Shown: positions 52,203-64,000 of the stretch, piece after piece
How the letters are laid out: every line of letters begins with the position of its first letter
Numbering within the stretch: position 1 is the first letter of the stretch
Assembly (NCBI GenBank): GCA_021613535.1
Contig: CP075492.1
Span: forward strand, 930,001 to 994,000
DNA length: 64,000 nt
Source: Adineta vaga
Lineage: Eukaryota > Animalia > Rotifera
Reading direction: 5' to 3'
Program-made: the position numbers and the translations under genes
The notes under the pieces: generated by a model
Told to the model about the DNA's origin: nothing
Database searches by the model: none
The model's input: only the letters and a program-made list of their open reading frames with translations

Positions 52203-52980
52203 TTAAGAATGACATTCCTTTGAAATTGCAAAGATACTTCGATCTACAATATCTTCGACGTAACCAGTTGTTACTGATGTTGTACTCGCTCCTAAAATAA
52301 AAAGTATAATTATTCGTTTTTTTTTATCAAAAAGAAAAGTAAAATCTTACCAATATTTTCAATAATAAATCCTGATTCAAATAGAATACAGCTCACTCGA
52401 CTAACTTTTCGATAACTAATCATACCAAAAGCATCATATGTCCATGTATCCGCAAGAATTTCTTTTCCATTATGATTATAGAGTGATGAGTTGGTATAAT
52501 TTTCATGTTCTATAAGAAAAGAATAAAACTTAACAATTTATATTTAAAATAAAAAATTCTAACCTAAAATACAATTGTCTTGTGGATAATGTAAATCTCC
52601 CATCAGGCAATAATTTCCATCTGGAAAATATAAATATTGCATTTTATTTTTATAATCAAGAATATTGTGAAAATGATTTAGACGACCAACCATAGAATGA
52701 TTTGTAGGTCCCCTTGTTGCAATTAAACCATTTTCAATATCATGTGCTTCTTCATGTTCGATTTATATTGAAAAAAATTATTTTTAAAGAATAAAAGTTT
52801 ATTTTAATATTTTAAATATAAAACTACTTAAAAAAGATGTTGTCACCGTTTCATCTGGTAATACATTTTGAGATGTAGCAATTATTTTCGCACTATATCG
52901 TTTTGGAAAACAACAACGTTCGGGTGGATTTTCTAATGGTTTAGACAAACCATTTGTAATAAAAATCAAAATAATGAAAA
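52203..52980 (-). pseudogene. Ependymin-related protein (EPDR-like), disrupted
   Basis: Signal peptide + PERCCFPKRY; DTWTY..VSRVSCI; EDIVDRSIFAISKECHS*; broken donor site and internal stops. Confidence 0.6.
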
Positions 52981-53462
52981 CACTTTATTATTTTGTATTA
53001 GTATTTATAGAAAAAATCAATTGTGAGTACTTTTGATAAAAGTCATGTCTAAAAAATCGTATCATATTTCAAAATATTCAAAAAAAGGAGGAATATATCA
53101 TAGTTTGAAGATTTATTTTTAATAGACAACGATTAGTGCGAGTGACTAATGTACAAATATCATATTTCTATGAATACTATGGATTTTCTTTTGTAATTTG
53201 AAGAGACATATATTTGATAATTTACTGATATGATAATAAAATGGATACGTTATTATTCTATTTGAAATACATAAAACAATTTTGTTATCTCGACGATCTG
53301 TAATAGTTACACTATGATATAGTGAAAAAGAGAAAGATAAGTTTTGTTATTGAGAATGTGACAAAGACAAATGAAACTTTCATTTCACATTGATAAAATT
53401 AAAATTTCTATACGAATTAATCATTATTTCTAATATATTAACGATATCTATATTGGTACAAT

Positions 53463-54090
53463 ATGCGTGATTGTAAATCAAAAAGGTTAAATTTCTTAAC
53501 TCTAGGTCTACTAGTCTTCATTCCATGTGTCATTATGGGTTCAATTTTTGCTGATTCTTATGTTAAAGATCGAAAAACACTAACTGTTTATACGATTACA
53601 AAATGTCTTGTATTCAATTATACATTTCTTGAACATAAATATAATCGATATCATCATCGTTCATGTAACCCGTGATATATGTTACGGTAAAAAATGTTCG
53701 AAATACGACTATGTTGATGAATATTTATTCGTCTATCATATCCTATTCACAATATGGTAATTCAATCATCAATGTTTATAAAACAATGAATCGAAATGGA
53801 AAACATCGATCAGTAAAAGTAAAAGATTTCATTTTTTAATATGTTTTATTTGACTTTATTCTTATATTAAAGATTGGTTAAAGGTACTCTTGTTATTATC
53901 ATTCAATTTATATTACAAATATTATTTAGAATTTGTCAACAACAAAATTAGATTTGATTGAATTATGTATTTTCTTTGAAATCATTGGTGTTACTTGTGT
54001 ATTATCATTGATTTGCTTAATTCCTTATTTGAGATGTATCGCATATATTGTGAATGTCGTTCATATCTATCAAATATGTGTGTTTCATTG
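53463..54090 (+). pseudogene. Two-TM protein with Cys-containing extracellular loop, disrupted
   Basis: TM1 followed by TKCLVFNY; after an intron, YSCYYHS and a second hydrophobic stretch; premature stop at 53675. Confidence 0.4.
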
Positions 54091-54235
54091 AGAAATTTAT
54101 GTACAAGAAATTGAAATAAAAGATTTCGTGAATATAATATTCAAACAATATCGAATAATGAATTCAATTTTCGATTTTAAATAGTTTGAAATTTTCTGGT
54201 TTCGTAGTCGGACTATATTTCCTATATTTTTGAAA

Positions 54236-54282
54236 AGGATGTGGATGATTAGCTAGTCCTCCACACATCCACCCACGCCCTC
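54236..54282. repeat. Telomere-like hairpin unit (degenerate)
   Basis: aggatgtggatg..attagctagt..cacatccacccacgccctc. Confidence 0.65.
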
Positions 54283-55118
54283 TCTTTTCTTGATGATTGA
54301 ATTGTCAAATGGTGAATTTTGAACAGTCATATCCTTGTGTGATAAAAGATCTGATTTAATGACTTCATCGACTGTTTGAATGATTGAAGTTATACATTGA
54401 TGTAATCTTGTTTCATTGTAATTCGAAAGCCTTGTGTGATGGATTGTTTTATTTAGATTAGAATGAATTCTGCATTGTATATGTGTAATAGCAATTATTA
54501 CAAACAAACTTCTATTCATTCATAGAGAAAAAGAAAACAATTCACACGATTTTCGCATTGATATGAATAAGTCCTTTTGATAAAATATATGATATTCTAG
54601 CAAGTAAAGGTTGTGACAATGATTTTAGATGAGAAAAATAAGAAAATATGTGCTTAGAAAGGAAATTAGAACCATATACTTTGAAAATGTAAAATTTTAT
54701 CTTGTCTAGCATTTTCTGCAATAATAATAAAATGTTTTACGATTTTATAAATTCGCTTTTTAGCAAGAAATGTATTATATATAAGTTCACTGTTAAAATA
54801 TTTCTAATATTTCCAGTAAGGAAAGTGAGAAAATTCCTTCGATATCAGTGTGAAGCGAGCATGTCGGAGCACCAGAATCATGAAAACAAAACCCTACAAA
54901 AATTTGCTAATACATACTTAATCTTGTCGGCGAGAGTCCATTTGACAAAGTACTTTGAATGATCACTTTCCTACATAGGCATTTGCCCCCGACCCTCTTC
55001 TATTAAGTGTTGAAAACCGCAGGTCGAAATAACTTTTCAATCAAAATTTATACAATTTTTTTCCAACTGCCTTTTTTTAAATTTCGATAATAGTTTTATT
55101 TATGGAAGAAACAACAAA

Positions 55119-55340
55119 TTAACAGAAACGTGAAACCAAAGCAAAAAGTTTATTTATATTAATTATAATTGGGCAATATGAAGGAATTGGGTTGGTACCA
55201 ATCCAACCGATCCAATTCGCAGCATACGTTGTCTCTAATGTCTGATTTATAATATTAAAAAGACGATTTATATTGTTCACTATCGGACAATAAGAAGGTA
55301 TCGGATTCGTACTTATCCACCCATACCAATCTGGTGAATA
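55119..55340 (-). other. Coding-like fragment with a 38-aa tandem repeat
   Basis: YSPDWYGWISTNPIPSYCPIVNNINRLF / YAANWIGWIGTNPIPSYCPIIININKLF..*. Confidence 0.65.
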
Positions 55341-55629
55341 ACACTTGATTTCTCATGCCATAATATATTGCTATTGTGTTGAATTCTAGTGTATTTTGAC
55401 CAAATTATCTGAATAAAATGTATTTTTTTTACACAAAACATGCTTTATATATTAGACAAGGTTATCACTTAAGTCTGATAAGAAATATTTATTTTATTCC
55501 TCGCTGAGAGTGACAATATTTAACTTGGAAACATTTTGTTTCTTTTATGCTGATACACACCATTTTCTTACGCTTGGTAAGAAGGTAAAGTTGAACAATG
55601 ATTCTGCTAATGGGACTGAACTTTCACAA

Positions 55630-55709
55630 ATCTTGAAGGTGCGGATGTGGGTGTGAGTGTGAGGGTATGTCTAATATTAGCTATCAAACACCCACACCCA
55701 CACCCTCAA
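55630..55709. repeat. Longest telomere-like hairpin unit
   Basis: atcttgaaggtgcggatgtgggtgtgagtgtgagggt..ctaatattag..acacccacacccacaccctcaa. Confidence 0.88.
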
Positions 55710-56135
55710 TTTTTTCACCTAAAATTTGAAATAAAATTTCAGAAAAATTCCATCCAAAAACAGATCTGCTTGAATATTTAAATTAACATTTTTCGAAATA
55801 ATTGTATTTAATCGATTTGGATAAGCAAAATCAACATTATTAAATTGAATTTGTCCATGAAAATCTTCATAAAAATTTTTTTCTTAAAAACATCGAAACA
55901 AAATCAAATCAAATCACAATTTCTTGCCCTTTTTCTGATTGATTATCAATAGGTGATTTTAGACAAAGAAATTCGAAAAAGTGATGAAATAGTTGTACAA
56001 AGAAATGTAACAGCATAAACAATGGGAAAAGTCAATTTGTATTTGGAAGACAAGGAAAGAACAAAACATGACAAAAACGTATGATGGGTTTTTCCTAAGA
56101 AATCTTTTTTCAAATTATGTCTCATTCTACAAATA

Positions 56136-57881
56136 CCCACGGAAAAATATTTAAGTCGCTACCGCTGAAGGACGCGGTTTTTTCATAATGGTTGCGGTTG
56201 TGTCTTGAAAGATCGCGGTCCGCAAAATAAACCGCTCTTGCCCGCGGTATTTTTTTATCGCAATATCGATTTAGCACGGTAAACTAGAACGAAACCGCGA
56301 TGTTCACACCGTTGAATGTCACTGCTTCAGAAAAGCTTGATAAGACATAGATTAGTTGCGGTATTCGAGAATCACCATACATTACGATATTATATTTTGG
56401 GAACTTTCTATTACAAACCGCCATCTCGTCATTATGTACGAAGATATCATTGTTCTAAATGATTTCGTGTTAGTAATATGGTCATATTTTTTATGTGATT
56501 TTTGTCATAATGATATATCACAACGATTTCCATTGACAAATGAAATGAGATGAGATAAAAAGACTTGTTCTGAAAGTTAAATTGCGAAGAAATTATTAAA
56601 CTGAATTCAAATAGACGTTATAGATTAATCTAATATTATATTGAGTGAAAATAGACATGAATACATCTTAAAGATACTCAGGCAGACAAAATCGATAAAA
56701 AAAACGCGATTCGCGAGAAAAAACAACGTTCTTATATTGTTTTTTTCCAAAAAAACGTCTATTTACCGTGTTAAAAAATACAGTTTTGTACCCGTATAAA
56801 CGATGTTTTTTCTTCCCGACAGAAAATAGACAATAACATCGTTTATACGGATACAAAACTGTATTTTTTAACACGGTAAATAGACGTTTTGTTGGAAAAA
56901 ACCAATATAAGAACGTTGTTTTTTCTCGCGAATCGTGTTTTTTTTATCGATTTTGTCTGTTTGGGTGTTATAGCCAGATTTCGTTGAGATGATCATTTGT
57001 GACAATATATTCATGAGATAGTAAAAGTTCAGAGATAAAAATAGACACAAATCTGTTTTTTCGACTGATGGAATCAAGATAAGTCTACCGAGTAGTATTC
57101 TCATGCGTTCTGACATACAAACCTACATATAGACAGAACTGTAATAATATTTAAAATAGTTAGACTTTGTCGTAACACATGATAACGCAGTTCATCAACT
57201 AAAGAGACTCATGAATGTAAATTTGTCTCCAGAAATGATTTTATTCGAATAGATTGTGTTTATAGTTCAATAATCATGACTATGAGAGATAAATAAGATT
57301 TTATATATATATCCCGTATAGCACATCATCAACATGAATATCTCAGAAAATTTAATAAAATTATAAATGAGATATAAATTATTAGGAATTATAAGATTCT
57401 TATAAATCTACTAATAAATGAAACATATCAGTTTAAATGAGAAGATTTTTTAATCACTGATTAGATTAGACTATCATATCTGATATTGGTATGAACATCA
57501 CCGGACGGTGAAATGGAATTAGTGGATTGCAATCACTCGATAAGAAGTTCGAATCTAATCAGAAGAAAATAAATAAAAAATAGATAGTGATATTTAATGA
57601 ATTGACCGAAGTGTTAAAGTATCATCTTAAGATAATGGATAGGTTACAAACATAGAAAAATTAAAGATTACCAGATAGATGTCAGAAATAATATACCATG
57701 AATATGATGAATTATATTTTTTCAGAAACCGTTAATAACCACGGTTTGAACATACGGCGGTTTGGGCGGTGTAGAAAAACCTAATAAAAGGTCTGACTTT
57801 TTCGGTACAAAATCACCGTTCAAAACCGCAAGTAATAAACCGTTAATTACCGCGGTATTTATTCAAAAAATTTTCCGTGAG
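56136..57881. mobile_element. Non-autonomous TIR element (~1.75 kb) with subterminal ACCGC/GCGGT repeats
   Basis: cccacggaaaa ... ttttccgtgag termini; clusters of accgc/gcggt within ~170 bp of each end. Confidence 0.6.
56676..56966. mobile_element. Foldback MITE / long palindrome nested in the 56136..57881 element
   Basis: ~125-bp arms at 56683..56807 and 56835..56959, nearly perfectly complementary, with a 27-nt loop. Confidence 0.9.
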
Positions 57882-58133
57882 CATCTATATGTATAACACT
57901 TTGATCATTTTTGTTTGATTGATAATTTGAGTAATGTAAAAAGTATTTTTATCATATCGAATTTCGAATTATACACTCTTCGTCTTCGATTACCAGTATT
58001 GAAACTTTATCTCTTTCTTTTAATGATGTTAGAACTATGTTGAAGTCAGTTATATTTCATCGAGAAATCAATTTGAAACAGTACGCTTTACTAAGCGTTT
58101 GTTATACGTTTTGAACTATTCTAGTATATTAAA

Positions 58134-58411
58134 ATGTCCGAATACTATTCAAATCGTTATCAACCAACACCAATCGTTACACAACAAAATTATCCATATA
58201 ATCAACCACCAATTATTATCCAACAGGAAAATACTGAAGTTCAGCATGGATGTCATTGTTTACTTTGTCTTCTAACCGGTGGATTATGGGCTCCATTTTG
58301 GATAGCAGCTTGTTGTGGATGTTGTAAGTCATTGTTCATTACAAATCATATAGTCAAATGAGAATTTTTATTTTATTTTTCGGAATTTTAGGTTGTCGAA
58401 GACCATGTTAG
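58134..58411 (+). CDS. Small Pro/Gln/Tyr-rich, Cys-rich tail membrane protein (CYSTM-like); exons 58134..58323 and 58392..58411
   Basis: YQP..QQNYPYNQPP N-terminus; HCLLCLLTGGLWAPFWIAACCGCCCRRPC*. Confidence 0.75.
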
Positions 58412-58772
58412 TTTAACAATATAACAGTCGTCTTTTTCTTACTCAGAACAATACCTTCAGATGTTTTTAAATTAGTTGATCTTTATCTAACCTTATTTGT
58501 TTATATTTATGTCATTGTCGTACTTGATTTATACTTTATTCGAATAATTGAATTCAGATTGTTAAATATCAGTTTTAAAATATATTAGTAACAGCCTTAT
58601 GTTATAACATATGTATGATCAATTATCACTCTATAACGAATGAACTGTGTCAATTATTCAATTATGTATTTTATCAATAAAGAAATTTTTCGTCACAGTC
58701 AATAAAAAAGTCTATAACTATGTGATATGTAATCATATTCGATCAGATAAGAGTTTCATCTTTGTTCAAATA

Positions 58773-59419
58773 ATGTCATTTCATTGTTTAACATTATTCA
58801 TATTCACTGCAGGTTTTCAATTGTTACTTGGTGATTCTATTGGTGAGTAATTAAAACATTTTTAGATCTATTTATATTTCTTCTTAATTCAGTAAATACG
58901 GTTCAATCGATCAAACAACAACAACAGTACGAAGTGTCTCATGTTGAATATATTAGTTTACGTTCTTTTGAACAAGTTATTGTTGATTTTCAAAGTCTTG
59001 TTGGATCTGTTGAAGATGGAGCTTTTCAACGATTATCATCAACATCAATTGATGAAAAAGATTTTAAAATGCGTGTGAAAGAACATGAAGGAAAGAGTGT
59101 TTTCATGTAATTTCTTTTAATAGATCATGGAGAATGGTTATCTCATGTAAATATTATTGGAAAGAAAGCACGAATGTATACAATTGGAAATCCATTAATT
59201 GCAGAAACAATGCTCAAATATGATATACGTGTTGGACTCAATGTACCTATTCGTTTATTCATTTATGAAAATAAAATCGATAATACAGTACGAATTACTT
59301 ATGATTTACCATCATCATTGATGACTTATCTCAATAATGAAAATATCACTATTGCTGCCAAAAAACTTGATGTTAAACTCGAAGATTTATGTAAACAAGT
59401 AGCAAACACAATTGTTTGA
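58773..59419 (+). pseudogene. DUF302-domain protein (bacteria-like) with signal-peptide exon; premature stop
   Basis: Signal exon + GT-AG intron; ..GKSVFM*FLLIDHGEWL..MYTIGNPLIAETMLKYDIRVGLNVPIRLFIYE..ITYDLPSSLM; TAA at 59108-59110. Confidence 0.75.
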
Positions 59420-59573
59420 TAAATCTAAGTCTTAGAAAGAACGATAATTACATCTCCATCGTAATTTATACATTTCAAAAGTCTTATTCGAAGACGATTT
59501 CTTTAATAGTTAAAATTGTATATCATTATGTTTATTCACATCTTTCTTGTTCTTTTCTTCTTATGTTAATAAA

Positions 59574-59639
59574 CATCTTGGGTGTGGGTGTGGATACTAC
59601 ATTTATTCAATACTCACATCTACACCCATCCACCCCTCA
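59574..59639. repeat. Telomere-like inverted-arm hairpin unit
   Basis: catcttgggtgtgggtgtggat...acatctacacccatccacccctca; 155 bp after the DUF302 stop. Confidence 0.85.
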
Positions 59640-60657
59640 GAGAAATAGAAAGTTTGGAAAGAGTAGCATGAAATGCCATACACCTTCCGAATCGAGAAAC
59701 TCGAATCTGATATTAGTTTTATTAAAGATTTTTCAGAATCAATTATTTGTATTGAAGAAGCTCTCGCTTCATGAAATTATTGAAAACAAAAATAATTTAA
59801 AAATAAAGTTATTTTCATACCAAATACTAAGCTTTGAAATTGTAACAGGTCTATCTCATAATTGTGATGATGATAATGATAGTGAACAAAATCAAATATA
59901 ATATTTCAGTATTTAAAATATTCATCTGTTCTACATATACATCGATTTAATAACACAATGAACTATCATCATTACCAATACCGTGTGATAAAGTAATTCT
60001 AATATGAACAATTCCATTTCGACATTTATCTTTACTATCGAAATAAACCGATACATTATATTGTGTTTCACCATACTATCAATAAACAATACATATATTT
60101 ATTATCTATATAGAAAGAGATTTTGATATAGACTTTCAAAAAAGTAAACGATCTCTCTCTTCACTGAATCATTGGATAATACTCGAATATTTTCAGATAA
60201 GAATGATTTACCTAATTTTTTATTCGAAATGTAAATACAAAATATTATTTCTATGCACATGGTTGTTGTTAGAATAATGATAACAAAACAATATTTTTTA
60301 TTGATCATCGCAACGAATAAATAAAGAACGGAAAAAAAAGTATTAACATTTACGGTTGTTTTTGTTCACCTTTTATATCCTATCGAATGATTTTTTCTTG
60401 TTTCATTTGATTTGATATAAAGTATTGGATGTACCTTTATGATTATCGTAGATAAAAATGAATCAAAATCAAATACATAACATATTATTCACTTGTTTTT
60501 CTTCTCTTTTGTTTATTCGATAGAAATATTCTGGTTTGTTAAAAACATTTTGTTTTTCTCGTTATATATTTTAGATAAATTCAATATGAACGAAGTATAA
60601 TATGATTTTTGATTTAAAATAAAAAAAAAGAAAAAGAAATTTATTATTTAGATTGAA

Positions 60658-63600
60658 ATGATTTCTATTCATAATTCAATTCAATCGAACGAACAACAAA
60701 CAACTATCGAAATAGATAAAACTTCAGAATTACTTTCTGATGATAAAGAAAATATAACAGACGATAACGACAATAAGATGGATGATTCGACTCAAATATC
60801 AACATCATCTTGGAATCTGTATGTTTATTTTCATTTTTATCAATGATTCTATTCTTTTTCTTTCTATAAGAGAATGTTTTGATTTAAAAATATCAAATTC
60901 AATTGTTGGTACATTTGTATTTTCATTTTTATTACTTGTTATGATGACAATTGGTATTATTATTGTTTATCTCAATGTACCAAAACCAAAAGGTTCGTTT
61001 TTTATTATTTATTTAATTCCAATGAAGAAATTTAATATTTTTTTTTTGATTTAATTAAGAATTAAAATGTGAATTAAATTTCGTAAAAACAAATTCCAAT
61101 CCAATTGAATATAAATATGGTCCAAAATCTGTTGCTATTGGTGATTTTAATGATGATAGTTGGATTGATATGGTCATCTGTAATTCAATTATAAATAATA
61201 TTGCGATTTATTTTGGATCAAGCGATGGAACATTTTCTAAACAATTTCAATATTCAACAGGAATTAATTCAAATCCAACAATGGTCGCTGTGAATTATTT
61301 AAATAATGATTCTTATTTGGATATTGCAGTAACAAATTATGGAAGACATTCAATTGGAATATTTTATGGATTTGGTAATGGATCTTTTAAAAATCCAATA
61401 GAAATCTCAACAGGAATATCACGACCATTAACAATTAATTTAATTGATTTAAATAATGATTTATTATGTGATATTATTATTATTAATTATGGAACAAATA
61501 GTTTTAGTATTTTCTATGGAGATGAAAATGAAATCTATTCAAAAGTAATAACATATTCAACTGGTTATGATTCTTATCCATATTCATTAACTATTCAAGA
61601 TTTAAATAATGATTATCAATTAGATATTATTATTGCAAATTATGGAACAAATAATATTGGAATTTTCTTTTCTAATCAAAATAATTCATTTCAAGATCAA
61701 ATATTTATTTCCATGGGTATTAATTCTCATCCAACTTCAGTTGCTGTTGGAGATTTAAATTCTGATCAATTTATTGATATTGTTGTAACAAATTCTGGTA
61801 TAAAAATGATATGTGTATTATTAAATGATGGAAATGGAACTTTCTCAAAACAACAATTCTATTCAACAGGTTCAGTTTTACCATATTCAATTGGAATTGA
61901 GGATTTTAATGGAGATAATCGATTAGATTTATTTATTATTAATATTGGAATAAATAATACTGGTTTATTTCTTGGTTATGGAAATGGAAGTTTTCAAGAA
62001 GGAAGAATGAATTCAACAGGATCATCTTCATCGATTTCATTTGCTTTATATGATTTTAATAAAGATAAACGATTAGATGCAATTATTATCAATAACGATA
62101 CGGGAAGTATTGATATTCTTAAAGGTTATTTTGAAGGTTTTTCATCTCGTAGAACATTTAATGTTCAATATCCACCAATCTTTGTAACTGTTAGTGATTT
62201 TAATAATGATGCAATATTAGATATAATACTTGTTAGTAACACGAATAATATAATGATGGTTCGACTTGGACGTAGTGATGGATCATTTGGAACTCAAAGA
62301 ACATATTCAACTGGTACTAATCCAACTTCCATAGCTGTTGGTGATTTTAATAATGATACGAAAATGGATGCAGTTGTTACTAACGTTAACAGTGGAAATG
62401 TTTATGTATTTCGTGGAAATGGTAATGGGTCATTTATAAGACAACAGATAATTTCAACTGGTTCTGGTCCAATTTCTGTAGTTGTTGCTGATTTGAACAA
62501 TGACAAACGATTAGATATCGTTGTTGCTAATTATGGTGACAATACTGTAAGTATTTTATTAGGATTTGGAAATGGTTCCTTTGCAAATCAAATGAAATAT
62601 TCAACGGGTTCTAGACCACGATCTGTTGCTGCAAGTGATTTTAATAATGATCATTATCTTGATCTAGTTGTTGCCAATTATGATAATAGAACTATTAGTA
62701 TTCTTCTTGGTTATGGTAATGGAAGTTTTGCAAATCATTTCACATATCCAATTGGTTATAAACCGTACTTTGTAGTAATTGGAGATTTCAATAAAGATAC
62801 TCAAATTGATATTGCTGTTGCCAATTATGGTAGTAGCACTGTGAGTATTCTGTTAGGATATGGAAATGGAAGTTTCACACAGCAAGTCATCTATGGAACA
62901 GGCACTCAGCCAACATCTATAAGTATTGGAGACATGAATAATGATACACAATTGGATCTTGTTGTGGCTTGTGTCAGTGTGTTGAATGTTTATATTTTAT
63001 TTGGATACGGAAATGGTTCGTTTCATGATGCAATATCGTATAATACAGGCGCATATTCATATTCTGTTGCTATTGGAGATTTGAATAATGATACACGACT
63101 GGATATAATTGTAACAAATGAAAATAATAATTATATAAGTGTATTATTTCAATATAACAGAGGTGCCCTTCTAAATGAATTGACTTATGCAGCTGGTGGA
63201 GGTTCGAAATTACGATCGGTAGTCGTTGGTAATATAAATAATGATACTCGATTAGATATTATTGTTGCTAATTATGGTACTAATGATGTTGGTATTCTTT
63301 TTGGACAAGATAATGTTACTTTTCTAGATCAAATAATGTTTAATATGGGTTCGAATTCTCAACCATCATCCATTACTACTGGTCATTTTAATGATGATAT
63401 CTACTTGGATATTGCTGTAGCTCTTTCTGGTCCTAATCAAGTTGGATTATTACTTGGAAATGGCCATGGATCATTTACTCATCAAGCAACTTATCAAATT
63501 CCTTCCATATTTCCTCCGTTCATTGTCTCTGCTAGTGATTTCAATAATGATGGACAATCAGAAATTATTGTCGGATACGATGACAGTGATACTATTGATA

Positions 63601-64000
63601 TGTATGTTATATATAATACTGGATCGTTTACACTTCATGAAACATATCCAGTTGGTTTACGTCCAAGATACCTCTGTTTGGACTATATTAATAATGACAC
63701 TTACATTGATATTGTTGTTGTTAATTATGATTCTGATGATATAAATATTCTCCTTGGATATGGTAATGGTAGTTTTGCACAACCATTGACCTATTCAACT
63801 AGTGCTCGGCCATATTCTGTTGCTGCTAGTGATTTTAATAACGATAATCAAGTAGATCTAGTTGTTACTTATGGTGGTACGAATTATGTGACTATATTGT
63901 TAGGATATGGGAATGGTAGTTTTGCAAATCCAATGACATATTCAATTGACTCTGGCTCATCATCTTCAACTGTGGGTGATTTCAACAATGATACACAACC
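60658..64000 (+). CDS. Type II membrane protein with long FG-GAP/VCBS repeat ectodomain, 3'-partial; exons 60658..60818, 60871..60992, 61060..>64000
   Basis: In-frame GT-AG splicing; TM in exon 2; many repeats of P.SVAVGDFNND..LDIVVANY....VSILLG.GNGSF; the long exon is missing from the ORF track because it has no stop within the window. Confidence 0.9.

Noticed and set aside
56668-57116. Short ORFs over the palindrome
   Set aside because: By-products of the foldback repeat
4500-59110. Alternative genetic code (stop reassignment) to explain in-frame stops
   Set aside because: Stops fall at positions expected to be different residues (W, Y, others), co-occur with frameshifts, and intact genes end in TAA, TAG and TGA
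3047-59639. CRISPR-like interpretation of conserved arms with unique spacers
   Set aside because: Units are dispersed inverted repeats, not a tandem direct-repeat array; no cas genes; eukaryotic context
63442-63744. 100-aa ORF MDYYLEMAM..
   Set aside because: Alternate frame inside the VCBS exon

Overview
AT-rich eukaryotic genomic DNA with short GT-AG introns. The gene repertoire (NHL/REJ/PKD polycystin, FG-GAP/VCBS repeat protein, multi-module Cys-rich TM protein, B-box protein, bacteria-like genes with introns) suggests a bdelloid rotifer, which is an inference. Apparently intact genes: 3' part of an ABCC transporter, a GPCR, a PAN/apple-mucin-Cys-rich secreted protein, a ~12 kb polycystin-1-like gene, a three-module TM protein, a FUT8/GT23-like fucosyltransferase, a B-box protein, a small Cys-rich membrane protein and a VCBS protein running off the end. 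Many small genes are pseudogenised (LRR-like, CAP, GT15-like, ependymin-like, DUF302, inverted PKD fragment). DNA transposons are dense: an intact DD37E Tc1/mariner, two decayed piggyBacs plus two TTAA MITEs, pogo-like and hAT relics, and foldback MITEs. Two observations stand out. (1) At least 14 dispersed ~35-80 bp hairpin units have conserved, telomere-like inverted arms (CATCTTGAGGGTGTGGGTGT...ACACCCACACCCTCAAGATG) around largely unrelated spacers, and they sit almost only between genes. (2) A convergent pair of tRNA genes has Pro anticodons and acceptor stems on a tRNA-Gly-like body with A37.
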